Under the pieces are notes generated by a model that saw nothing but the letters and a program-made list of their open reading frames with translations, did no database searches and was not told where the DNA came from. A DNA stretch of 64,000 nucleotides from Thermoplasmatota archaeon (GTDB lineage: Archaea; Thermoplasmatota; E2; JACPAO01; JAHFTW01): positions 93,468 to 157,467 of the forward strand of contig JBFIHX010000007.1 in assembly GCA_041601615.1 (NCBI GenBank), given 5' to 3'. A program made the position numbers and the translations under genes. Below, piece by piece: positions 38,124 to 47,140 of the stretch. Each line of letters begins with the position of its first letter. The stretch's first letter is position 1.

Positions 38124-38220
38124 AGCAAATCGCCACTCAAGACCCCCTGACCCCCACCTTCTCGATTCCACCTTGCACCTCCCGATCCCATTCGGGCGGA
38201 TGTGGCCCCTTCGGGCGTTG

Positions 38221-38265
38221 CCACCACCACCACCACCACCACCACCACCACCACCACCACCACCA
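38221..38265. repeat. (CCA)15 microsatellite
   Basis: 15 perfect CCA units. Confidence 0.95.
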
Positions 38266-38446
38266 ATCCTGTCCCTGAACCCCCATCGCCTTCGCCACCC
38301 CATCCGTACGCAGTGCGCCCGCCAGAGAGGATGACCATGCCACGAACACCACCCACCACCACACTCCACACCCGCCTGCAAACCTGGAACCGCCCACAAA
38401 ACCACCGACGCAATCGCCCCACAACCAACCCAGGAGGCAAACCCGC

Positions 38447-39331
38447 GTGAAACGCAGCCTCTGGAGCCTCATGGGCCTCGGACTCGCCGGCTACGGCACC
38501 CTCGTCCTGCTGCGCGTCATCACCCACGAATCCATGTTCGCCGGCGCCGCCAGCCTGATCGCCGGCCTCGCTCTTTTGGTCGTCGGCCTACCCCCCCTGC
38601 ACCTACGCCACGGCAAAATCGTCGCAGCCATCGGCGGCATCTGTGTCGCTGGCGTGCTCCTCTACAACCTCGCCCGCCGCTCCGACCTCGGCATCCCCGA
38701 ATGGGGCATCCTCGCCTACGGCCTCCTCTTGCTTCTGGCCGCATCCCGACTCGACCACCGCATCCGCCGCCTCGACGTAGGCACCCTCGTCGCCTGGTCC
38801 TTCCCGTTGATACTGGCTCCCTTAACCATGTTCAGCCTCAACGCCGGCATCAGCGCCGGCCAAGGCGAAACCGCCGCCAGCCCCATCGTACACGCCCTCG
38901 TCGTCCTCCCCTCCGCCGCCCTCCTCGGCATCATGGGCACCTCCCTCGACGTGGTCGGCAACAGCTTCGTCATGGACACCCCCCGAGGCTCCCTCACCCT
39001 CGGCGTCGGCCTCGTCTGCGCCGGCCTATATCCCATGGTCCTCTTTGGCGGCCTCGTCGCCCTCCACGGCTGGCAAAACAAACTCCGCCCCGGACGCCTC
39101 GCCGCCTACCTCGGCACCGGCATCCTCGGCCTCTGGTTCGTCAACCTCATCCGACTCGTCATCCTCACCCGCGTCGGCGCACGGTGGGGCGTCCACGCCC
39201 TCGAAACCGTCCACGCCCACATCGGCTGGATCCTCTTTGCGGGCTTCATGGTGCTGTTTTGGGGCATCGTGCTGCGCAAAATCGAAGGCCGCCTGCCCCC
39301 AGCCCAAGCAGCACAACCCGACGAGACCTAG
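38447..39331 (+). CDS. Exosortase/archaeosortase family protein (ArtC-like)
   Basis: About 8 TM with the triad VGLVCAG, NLIRL and VHAHIGWILF. AGGAGG RBS. Confidence 0.85.
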   Translation: MKRSLWSLMGLGLAGYGTLVLLRVITHESMFAGAASLIAGLALLVVGLPPLHLRHGKIVAAIGGICVAGVLLYNLARRSDLGIPEWGILAYGLLLLLAASRLDHRIRRLDVGTLVAWSFPLILAPLTMFSLNAGISAGQGETAASPIVHALVVLPSAALLGIMGTSLDVVGNSFVMDTPRGSLTLGVGLVCAGLYPMVLFGGLVALHGWQNKLRPGRLAAYLGTGILGLWFVNLIRLVILTRVGARWGVHALETVHAHIGWILFAGFMVLFWGIVLRKIEGRLPPAQAAQPDET

Positions 39332-39477
39332 GCCGCCCACTACGGCCCCGACCTCGGTCCCGAGCCCTCTCCCATCCCCCCCTTTGCGACCACCCCAACG
39401 ACCCTGTCCCTGAATCTCCATGCCACGCGGAGACGAGTTCCACCCAGGCTCGCACACAGCGACCAGGAGACAGACAC

Positions 39478-40299
39478 ATGAACCAAAAACCGACCCGCAA
39501 ACACCCGCAACGAAGCACATGGGGCATCGCCGCCCTCGTGCTCCTTGCAGCCGCAGTGGTGCTCGCCTCGACGCCCCAAGCCACGGCGCACAACGGCAAC
39601 GTCGGCACCATCAAAGTACACGACAGCGAACAAGTGGACACGCCCCAGAGCAACGACCCGCACGTCACTTGCCAATTCTGGATCCAAGGCTTCGGCATGG
39701 ACGGCGACGAAGGCACCCTCGTCTTCATCGACTGGCCCCCCACAGGCAACAAAGACATCGTCATGGACGACGACTGGTTCGGTACCCCCGACGGCAACGG
39801 CGGCTTTGACTTCCTCAACGGCCCCTACAGCCTGCCCCCCGGACACTACCGCGTCGAAGCCTACAGCACCGACGGCCACCCCGGCAACCACGGACACTTT
39901 GCCAAATCCAAGATGTTCTGGGTCGACCCCTGCGACGACGTACCCGAATTGAGGTGCCCCACGGATTTGACCGCCATCGAAACCGAGAACGGCAACATCC
40001 TCGTGAACTTCACGCCCGCCCCCGGCAGCGACGGCACCAACATCTACCGCAGCGTCAACGGCGGCCCCTTCGACTACCTCGACACCCTCGCACCCGCCGC
40101 CACGCAATACCTCGACACGGACGCAAATCCCTTGACCGGATACGCATACTACGTCACGGCATTGTACGACGACCGCGAAAGCCAAGACTGCCCGATCACG
40201 GAGCTACGGACCATCCCGGTGTTCCCCGGCGTCTTTGCTGGGGTAATGGCCGCGGTGGTTGGAGTTGTGGCGTATGGAGGGTTGAGGAGGAAGACGTAG
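39478..40299 (+). CDS. Secreted protein with FN3-like domain and IPVFP sorting tail
   Basis: Signal peptide, CPTDL.A...NIYRS...YLD...YYVTALY, and IPVFPG-TM-RRKT. Confidence 0.75.
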   Translation: MNQKPTRKHPQRSTWGIAALVLLAAAVVLASTPQATAHNGNVGTIKVHDSEQVDTPQSNDPHVTCQFWIQGFGMDGDEGTLVFIDWPPTGNKDIVMDDDWFGTPDGNGGFDFLNGPYSLPPGHYRVEAYSTDGHPGNHGHFAKSKMFWVDPCDDVPELRCPTDLTAIETENGNILVNFTPAPGSDGTNIYRSVNGGPFDYLDTLAPAATQYLDTDANPLTGYAYYVTALYDDRESQDCPITELRTIPVFPGVFAGVMAAVVGVVAYGGLRRKT

Positions 40300-40429
40300 G
40301 GGATTTTGTTGGAAATTAGGAATTGATTTGATTGATATTTTTCCGTTTTTTTCTATACTCTGAGCATTCACTTCAAGGAACCTTTGTCAATTCCTACGCC
40401 ATGCCCCCGCCCGACTGAACTGGCTTTAA

Positions 40430-41506
40430 TCACTCGATGCGAGGGCCTGAGTGAAGCGCCCAGGCCTCCCTAAGGCCAACGAGACCGTCGAGATTTTTCG
40501 CAATCTCAGGATGGGTTGAAAGTGCGCCATTATCCATCCAGGCCTTTCGGGGCTCCAATTGAACCTGAGGACGCCAGGAATCCTGCCAATTCAGGTCCTC
40601 GGCCAAGATTCCACTCAATGCGTCATGCGCACATCCAGCCACGCGTCGAAGGTCAAGCTCAGAAAACTTGCCTTCAATCGTGCTGCGCACTTGCGAGTAG
40701 GCACGCCAAAGACTCCGAACAAGTCCTGTTCCCGCCGCTCGATTGGCCACCAACAACCGGAGTTGTAACTGTGCGTCAGCGATTACGGCCTCAAGTTTGA
40801 ATGTACCACTAAGATAATCGCGTTTTCGCACAATATCCTCGTGTGCGGCGGCAGTAATTGCGTTGCTGTCTAGGTCAATTGGAGCCAAGCAAAGTAGGTC
40901 GAATAAATCTTTGATTCTGCTCTTTCTGCCATGGTCAACGCCCAAATTTCTCCCATACGGGTACTCCGAACACATGAGGAGTTTCTGGGCGGCCTGGGTG
41001 TTTTCGTCTGGACCCAGTACAATGGGTCCGGATTTCCAAGGTGCCGGTAATTTCCACTCGGCTAACCCCTGAGGCCAGTTCGAATATTCCAGAACATCAA
41101 TTCGCAGCGAGTAGCCAACGCCACCTTGAGCCAATGGGAAGAAAACTCCAAGTGTATTCCCTTGAAGAGGAGATTTTCCCTGGGTGAGTTGAAGGCCGCT
41201 GGCTGAAAAATCATCAACAAATTGCTGAATTGCTCTTGTAATGGCGGACGAATCATGCGTCTCAAGGTCTACGTCAATGCTGGCCCTTCGCGGAGGCCAT
41301 CGAAGGCGGCTTTGCAGCAGCGTTCCCCCTTTGAACAAAAAGGGTTCATCTGCCCGAGTCGAAATTTGACTCAGTACTTCGAGTGCGAGTGCATTGCGAA
41401 GCCGTTGTTGGCCCCAAGCACCATGTACATCCAATAGTCTGCCTTCATCAAATTCTTCTGAATCGGCAAAAAGGTTCGGATGGTCCGGCTTCGCAAATGG
41501 ACTCAT
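40430..41506 (-). CDS. AbiEii-family nucleotidyltransferase toxin
   Basis: FLFKGGTLL...RR.S.DVDL, QKL and R.KDLFDL. Lower GC than flanks. Confidence 0.8.
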   Translation of the reverse strand: MSPFAKPDHPNLFADSEEFDEGRLLDVHGAWGQQRLRNALALEVLSQISTRADEPFLFKGGTLLQSRLRWPPRRASIDVDLETHDSSAITRAIQQFVDDFSASGLQLTQGKSPLQGNTLGVFFPLAQGGVGYSLRIDVLEYSNWPQGLAEWKLPAPWKSGPIVLGPDENTQAAQKLLMCSEYPYGRNLGVDHGRKSRIKDLFDLLCLAPIDLDSNAITAAAHEDIVRKRDYLSGTFKLEAVIADAQLQLRLLVANRAAGTGLVRSLWRAYSQVRSTIEGKFSELDLRRVAGCAHDALSGILAEDLNWQDSWRPQVQLEPRKAWMDNGALSTHPEIAKNLDGLVGLREAWALHSGPRIE

Positions 41507-42345
41507 GCCAACTCCGCAATATATGAACCCACGAGTCCAGGGACCAAAACCTGGAAGCAGTCTTGCTGATCTCTTGTCAACCTCGGATATACTGCAGTTA
41601 CAAATGCAGTGAACTCCGGCAGGATGTCGAGGGCTACCGCACATTGCCATGCCCGACGTATGTCAAATCCCTGTCGTATCTGATGCTCAACAATGGCTCG
41701 ACCCACATCGATCTCTGCATCCATCGAAAGGAATTCGAGCATGATTCGCTCCGAAAAAGGTGTCCGAAATCCCCTGCGGTTCACGGCAGTCCCCCCGATG
41801 CGTTCCTCCGCAACGAGGGCAATATCCATCCCTGGGTCATGCCCCCTCGGCTCACTCGTTAGAGCACCGCCGAGCGGTCCAGCTCGATTGTGTTGGCGCG
41901 GCACCAACCACGCCCCATGCCCCTTCCTAGATTCATATTCACTATTGAGAACCTCTAGCAATTGCGTCGCAAGGCGGGTCTCGACAACAACGTGCCGCCC
42001 TTGGACCCCATCTTCCGACAGGGCGAGATAGGGTGTTGCGTCCCAGACTACCGTGCGCGCCATTTCCTCCGGGCGCAGATAGGAATGCAAAAACTCGACA
42101 AGCCCTTCAATCGGTTCGCCCAGTGCCTCATGAGACCGAGTTAATGTGTATCGGGCTTTTCCAATTTGGTCGACGACTCCAATCTGAAGCAGTTCCGATA
42201 GTCGCCCTCGAAGCGGCCCCGTCGCGGCAGGAGTTCCCTGTTTTTCCAATTGGTCATGCAATTCTTGGACCGACAATCCTTCCTCTTTGGCCTCGAGCAG
42301 CAGGGCTAGGATGTGGTCGCGAAGGCGCAGTATCACAGCAGTCAT
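41503..42345 (-). CDS. AbiEi-like antitoxin (N-terminal wHTH)
   Basis: wHTH N-terminus and 'ERIMLE' C-terminal pattern. 4-bp overlap with the toxin. Confidence 0.6.
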   Translation of the reverse strand: MTAVILRLRDHILALLLEAKEEGLSVQELHDQLEKQGTPAATGPLRGRLSELLQIGVVDQIGKARYTLTRSHEALGEPIEGLVEFLHSYLRPEEMARTVVWDATPYLALSEDGVQGRHVVVETRLATQLLEVLNSEYESRKGHGAWLVPRQHNRAGPLGGALTSEPRGHDPGMDIALVAEERIGGTAVNRRGFRTPFSERIMLEFLSMDAEIDVGRAIVEHQIRQGFDIRRAWQCAVALDILPEFTAFVTAVYPRLTRDQQDCFQVLVPGLVGSYIAELA

Positions 42346-42409
42346 TCATTCTGAGAGTATTTCTACTCTGCGAGTGAATTCATTCTGAGAGTGCCCCTTC
42401 TCTGCGCGT
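42344..42409. promoter_or_regulatory. Four direct repeats TCTG(A/C)G(A/C)GT with 17-bp period over the antitoxin promoter/start
   Basis: Units at 42350, 42367, 42384 and 42401. ATTCATTCTGAGAGT is duplicated exactly at 42344 and 42378. Confidence 0.6.
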
Positions 42410-42476
42410 GAAAACAGGACGGGAGCTCGAGTGATACCCGCCAGCACACCCGAAAAGAAGACCCAGAGCACCATCC

Positions 42477-43859
42477 TCACCCACCCCAAACCACCACCCC
42501 TCCCTCCACAACTTCCCCCAATCCGTCAACGGCCACAAACCGCACCTCCGTCCCCGCAAAGATGTGCACGCTCCCAGACCAACTGCCCCATCCGTTCCTC
42601 GCAAGCGCCTTGGCGCCATGGTCAGGAAGCATCACCCACACCTCCTCCACCGGATGATTCCCGACGACGCGGACCTCGACCCACCATTCGTTGATGTTGT
42701 TGGAGATTTCAAAGAGGGCGCGGAATTCGGGGTCGCCGCGTTCGGCGAGGACGCCGGCGATCCAGGCGTGGGCGGCGGGTTTGAGTTGTCCTCGTGCGTC
42801 GACGAGTCCCCAGTGTCGTTCCGCGGGTCCGTATCGGTTGGCGGGGTCCATGGTGGGGGTGTCGCGCCAGGATCGGTAGAGGATGGCTTCGACGCCGGCT
42901 TCTTCGAGTGCGTCGAGTCCTGCTAGGAGTTCTTGGACGGCGTCGGCTTGGGGTTGGGCAAATTCGTCTTCGGGGTAGGAGCTGAGGGCGAGGTCGGTGA
43001 GGATGACGGGTTTGGCAAATAGGCGTTGGAGTTCTTTGGCGCCTTGGAGGGTTTCTTCGTAGAGGGTTTGGTAGTCGTCGGCGCTGTCGTGGGTGGAGCC
43101 TCGGACGGCTTGGAGGCCGATGGCGTCGCTGGCTTCGGCGGCTCTGTCCCAGGTTGTCCATGCGGCGGGGTTCCAGTTGCCAAAAGAGAGGACGACGCGG
43201 GCGGCGGGGTAGCGTTCGTGGAGGAAGTTGGCCATGTCGGCGAGGCGTCCGTCGAGTTCTTCGTAGGTTTGGACGGTTTGTTTGTTGAATTCGGATTCGA
43301 GGAGAATGAGGACGGGTTCGCCCCCCATGTGTTCGTCGAGGTGGTCGACGAGTTGGCCGGCGAGGGCGTACCAGCCGTGGTTGTCTTTGTAGGCGTCGTG
43401 GAGTTCGGACCAGCAGCCGTCTTGGAAGCAGGCGGGTTGGATGTCGTCGCCCCAGTAGTAGAAGTGGAGGGCGGGGGTGATGTTGGCGGCGCGCATTCGA
43501 TGGAGGGCTTGGTCGACGGGTCGCCAACCATTGGTGAGGGTCCAGGCGCCGATCCATTCGGAGGCATAGTCGGGTTGGATGCCGAGGATGGTTTGTTGTT
43601 CGAGTGATCCGTGGCTGATGCCGAATTTCATCACGGGGCCGGGTGGCGAGGTAGGGGTTGGCGGTGGGTTGGGTGGTGTTTGGGGGGTGGGTGGTTGCGC
43701 GGGGCCGGGCGTCGGTGTGCCTTGGTTTGGGTCGATGGTGGGGGATGGCTCGGGGTCGGCTTGGATGGGCCAGAAGCCGGGTTCGTGCCAGAGGGGCCAG
43801 GAGGTGGTGATAAGAAATCCCGCTAGCAGGACGACGATGATTCCATGGATTGCTTTCAT
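42477..43859 (-). CDS. Secreted/anchored GH26-like TIM-barrel glycoside hydrolase with one C-terminal Trp-rich module
   Basis: N-terminal TM and Pro/Thr linker. Motifs [34 protein letters not shown] and ERHWG. Paralog of 47141-49600. Confidence 0.65.
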   Translation of the reverse strand: MKAIHGIIVVLLAGFLITTSWPLWHEPGFWPIQADPEPSPTIDPNQGTPTPGPAQPPTPQTPPNPPPTPTSPPGPVMKFGISHGSLEQQTILGIQPDYASEWIGAWTLTNGWRPVDQALHRMRAANITPALHFYYWGDDIQPACFQDGCWSELHDAYKDNHGWYALAGQLVDHLDEHMGGEPVLILLESEFNKQTVQTYEELDGRLADMANFLHERYPAARVVLSFGNWNPAAWTTWDRAAEASDAIGLQAVRGSTHDSADDYQTLYEETLQGAKELQRLFAKPVILTDLALSSYPEDEFAQPQADAVQELLAGLDALEEAGVEAILYRSWRDTPTMDPANRYGPAERHWGLVDARGQLKPAAHAWIAGVLAERGDPEFRALFEISNNINEWWVEVRVVGNHPVEEVWVMLPDHGAKALARNGWGSWSGSVHIFAGTEVRFVAVDGLGEVVEGGVVVWGG

Positions 43860-43922
43860 GGCGGCTCAACTCGGGGGGTCGGGGGGGTCGGAGGCCTGGG
43901 GCCGTGGGTTGGTGGGAAGGGA

Positions 43923-45158
43923 TTAGGGTGTGTTTTGGGTGGTGGCGGCGCGTCCGAGCACTTGTTCGGTGGCTTGGGTGATGTGGTCCCAGTTGTGGTG
44001 TTGCAGGACGCGGGCGCGGCCTCGTTTTCCCATGGCGTGGGCTTCGTCGGGGTCTTGGAGGATGGCGAGGAGTTTTTTGGCGAGGTCTTGGGGGTTGCTT
44101 GGTTGGGCTAGGAGGCCGTTGTCGCCGTGGCGCACGAAGTCGGGGATGCCGCCGATGTTGGAGGCGACGACGGGGGTGCCGCAGGCGTTGGCTTCGGCGA
44201 GGACCATGCCGAAGGATTCGGCGTCGGTGGTGCTGGGTAGGGCGAGGACGCTGGCTTGTTGGTAGGCGGCGACGAGTTGTTCTTGGTTGAGTCGAGGGTG
44301 GAGGTGGATGGTGTCGCCGCTGGCGTGTGCGAGGCGTTGGAATTCGGGGAGGCGGTCGCCGGTCCCTACCAATTCGAGGGTGGCGTTGGGGATGCGCTGG
44401 CGGATGGTTTCGAAGGCGTGGCAGAGGGTGTCGATGCCTTTCCAGCGGTAGGATCGGCTGAGGGGGGCGACGAAGAGGATGGAGGGTGCGTCGTGCTTCG
44501 TGGGTTTTGATGGGGCTTGCGACTTGGGTGGGCTTGGTGGGTCGGTGGGCAGGGGAGTGGCGAGCTTGGCGGTGTTGGTTGTGTCGTGGTTGGGGGGTGT
44601 GAATTGCTGTGCGTCGACGCCGGGGGGGATGATGGTGGTGCGGTCGCGGTGGGCGGCAAGGGCGTTGTCGCGCACGAAGGGGCTGACGGCGATGAGGCCG
44701 GCGGAGCCGTGGAACATGCGTTGTTCGATAGTGGCGTCTAGGAGGTGGGCGATGGTTTCGAGGAGGATGTTGCTGCCGTGGAGGCGGCCGGCGTGGTAGG
44801 TGGTGACGAAGGGGATGCCTCGGCGGGCGGCTTGTTTGTAGGCGGTTTCGGCGGCGAAGGGTACGGGGCAGTGGGCGACGATGACGTCGGGGTCGAATTC
44901 TTGGATGCCGTGGTCGAGGAGGCGGCGGTAGCGTGGGTCGATGGGGGTGTGGCCGAGTTCGAGGCGGGCGCGGGTGCGGTGGACGTGGACGCCGTGGCTG
45001 GTGCTTCCGGCTTGGTAGCTGGGCAGTGCTTGACGGGTCATGGTTGCGACCTGGACTTGGTGGCCTCGGGCGGCGAGTCTTGTGAGGATGGCGCGCGCGT
45101 AGTGCTCGAGGCCGCCGCCTTCGGGCTCATAGTAGGGCGTGGCGCAGAGGATGCGCAA
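43923..45158 (-). CDS. GT4 glycosyltransferase
   Basis: GGLEHY, IPPGVD, WKG and ESFGMVLAEANACGTPVVAS. Confidence 0.92.
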   Translation of the reverse strand: MRILCATPYYEPEGGGLEHYARAILTRLAARGHQVQVATMTRQALPSYQAGSTSHGVHVHRTRARLELGHTPIDPRYRRLLDHGIQEFDPDVIVAHCPVPFAAETAYKQAARRGIPFVTTYHAGRLHGSNILLETIAHLLDATIEQRMFHGSAGLIAVSPFVRDNALAAHRDRTTIIPPGVDAQQFTPPNHDTTNTAKLATPLPTDPPSPPKSQAPSKPTKHDAPSILFVAPLSRSYRWKGIDTLCHAFETIRQRIPNATLELVGTGDRLPEFQRLAHASGDTIHLHPRLNQEQLVAAYQQASVLALPSTTDAESFGMVLAEANACGTPVVASNIGGIPDFVRHGDNGLLAQPSNPQDLAKKLLAILQDPDEAHAMGKRGRARVLQHHNWDHITQATEQVLGRAATTQNTP

Positions 45159-46344
45159 GGACAGTCACCTCCGAGGCATGGGGTTGGGGCGGGTTGCCCG
45201 ATGCGGAGCCGGGTTTGCTGGGGCTTTGGAGGATTTCTTCGTAGATGTCAAGGAGTCGTGTGGTGACGGCGTTCCAGGAGTAGGTGGCGCGAACGGGGCT
45301 GGCGAGGGTTTCGCCGCGGGGGAGTTTGCGGTTGCGGAGGGCTTCTTGGATGCAGGCGGCGAGGGCGGCGGGGTCGCCGGGGGGTGCGACGAGTCCGCCG
45401 ACTTGGGCGACGTCGGCGACTCCGGGGAGGGCGGAGGCGACGACGGGGGTGCCGCAGGCCATGCTTTCGAGAAGCGAGATGCCGAAGGCTTCCTGGCGGT
45501 TGATGCTTGGGAGGATGGTGAGGGCGGCGCCTCGGTAGAGGGCGGGGAGGTCGGTGTCGTCGACGCGGCCTAGGAATCGTGCGGCAACACCGAGGCGTCG
45601 GGCGAGTGCTTCGAGGGGTTTGCGAAGGGGTCCGTCGCCGGCGATGACGAGGGGGGGTGCTTCGGGGATGCGGGCGAGGGCGTGGAGGAGGATTTCGATG
45701 CCTTTGTAGGGTACGAGTCGGCCGACGACGAGGAGGTGTCCGCCGCCGAGGACTCGGCCGAGGGGGTGGAAGCGCTCGGGGTCGATGCCGTTGGGGACGA
45801 CGCGCCAGCGTTCTTCGGGGATGCTGCGGAGGCTTGGGGCGCTGCGGCCGTAGGAAAGGGAGCGTACGAGGGTGGTGTGGGCGAGGCGGTAGTTTGGGGG
45901 GCCGATGTAGCGGTAGGCGGCGGCGGCGAGGCGGCCGAGGGGGGTGCCGGGGGCGGGTTCAAAGTGGAAGTCGAGGACGCCGGGGACGCCGAGGGTTGTG
46001 GCTTTGCGCAGGACGCCGGGGGTGGTGAATGGGTAGGTGGCGGCGACGTGGATGAGATCGGCGCTGCGGGGGATGAAGCGGGCAAGATCCGCGACGGGGG
46101 CGCGTAGGATGAGGCCGCGTCGTCGTACGCGGACGGTTTGGACGCCGGATTTCAGTTGGATGTCGTTGCGGTGGGCGCTGGAGCAGACTACGGTGACTTG
46201 GTGGCCGCGGGCGGCGAGGCGTCGGGAGACTTCGGAGAATACGCGCTCTACGCCGCCGACGTGTGCGCCTCGGTCGCCTGGTCGCGTGGGGCCTGGACCG
46301 CTGCCGGGGTCGGGGTCGAAGGGCGAGACGAGCGCGATGTGCAT
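45127..46344 (-). CDS. GT4 glycosyltransferase
   Basis: GGVERV, VPNGID, GRLVPYKG and EAFGISLLESMACGTPVVAS. Confidence 0.92.
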   Translation of the reverse strand: MHIALVSPFDPDPGSGPGPTRPGDRGAHVGGVERVFSEVSRRLAARGHQVTVVCSSAHRNDIQLKSGVQTVRVRRRGLILRAPVADLARFIPRSADLIHVAATYPFTTPGVLRKATTLGVPGVLDFHFEPAPGTPLGRLAAAAYRYIGPPNYRLAHTTLVRSLSYGRSAPSLRSIPEERWRVVPNGIDPERFHPLGRVLGGGHLLVVGRLVPYKGIEILLHALARIPEAPPLVIAGDGPLRKPLEALARRLGVAARFLGRVDDTDLPALYRGAALTILPSINRQEAFGISLLESMACGTPVVASALPGVADVAQVGGLVAPPGDPAALAACIQEALRNRKLPRGETLASPVRATYSWNAVTTRLLDIYEEILQSPSKPGSASGNPPQPHASEVTVLAHPLRHALL

Positions 46345-46493
46345 GCTTGTTTCTGGGTGGTGGCGCGAGCATAGGGTTTCAGGGACAGATTGGAGTGTTG
46401 CTTGGTTGGGCGGTGGCCCTCGGGGCCGAAAGTTGTGCCAGTTCGTCCCTGAAATTGGATGGTGGTTGGGGTCGACCATCAAGTCAGGGCCGC

Positions 46494-47000
46494 ATGGCCC
46501 CATGGAGCGTGAATCACGTGCGTTCGATAAGCAAAGCAGGAGAAAATCGGTGTGCGTCGGTTCGACGTGTGACGCTGGCAAGCGTAGGGCTTGGTTTGGC
46601 CTTGGCGTTGCTGGGCGCAGTACCCCAAGTCGGGGCGTCGGCCCCTCCTGCTGCACTCATCGAATTGGAGTGGTCCGAGAACAACCGAGGCGTTGAGATT
46701 TTATCAGACGACTATTTATTCTCATTTTTGGCCGAGGATTGTGATGGACTCTTCTTTGAAACCTATTGGAGCTTTCCAGGCACCAAAACCTACGTCTTTT
46801 TCCTCAATATCCCCATCGTCAAAGTGTGGGTCACTGCCGGGTGGAATGAGACGGAGACCGGCCCCAGTGGCGAGGCACAGTTGTTTGTGAATGAGGGTGT
46901 TGATTGCAGCAAAATTCCGGTGTTCCCGACCATGCTGGCCGGGGTTGCGGCGGTGGCTGTGGGCGCGGCGTCGTATGCGACGGTCCGTCGCCGAAAGTAG
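46494..47000 (+). CDS. Small secreted protein with IPVFP sorting tail (start 46494 or 46569)
   Basis: Hydrophobic signal peptide and C-terminal DCSKIPVFPT-TM-RRRK. Confidence 0.65.
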   Translation: MAPWSVNHVRSISKAGENRCASVRRVTLASVGLGLALALLGAVPQVGASAPPAALIELEWSENNRGVEILSDDYLFSFLAEDCDGLFFETYWSFPGTKTYVFFLNIPIVKVWVTAGWNETETGPSGEAQLFVNEGVDCSKIPVFPTMLAGVAAVAVGAASYATVRRRK

Positions 47001-47140
47001 GATGGTGCAGCTAGAGGACAGAGCGGGAGAAAGGGTTCCCACGGAGCCGTTTCCGACCCCGCGGGGAGTGTTTCACACCGGGTTCGTGGTGCTGCCGCCG
47101 ATCCTGGCGTGAGGGGGAAGAGTGGGCGTAGGATGCGTTC

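Noticed and set aside
38027-38278. Poly-His peptide ORF
   Set aside because: It is an alternative reading of the CCA repeat and overlaps a real gene.
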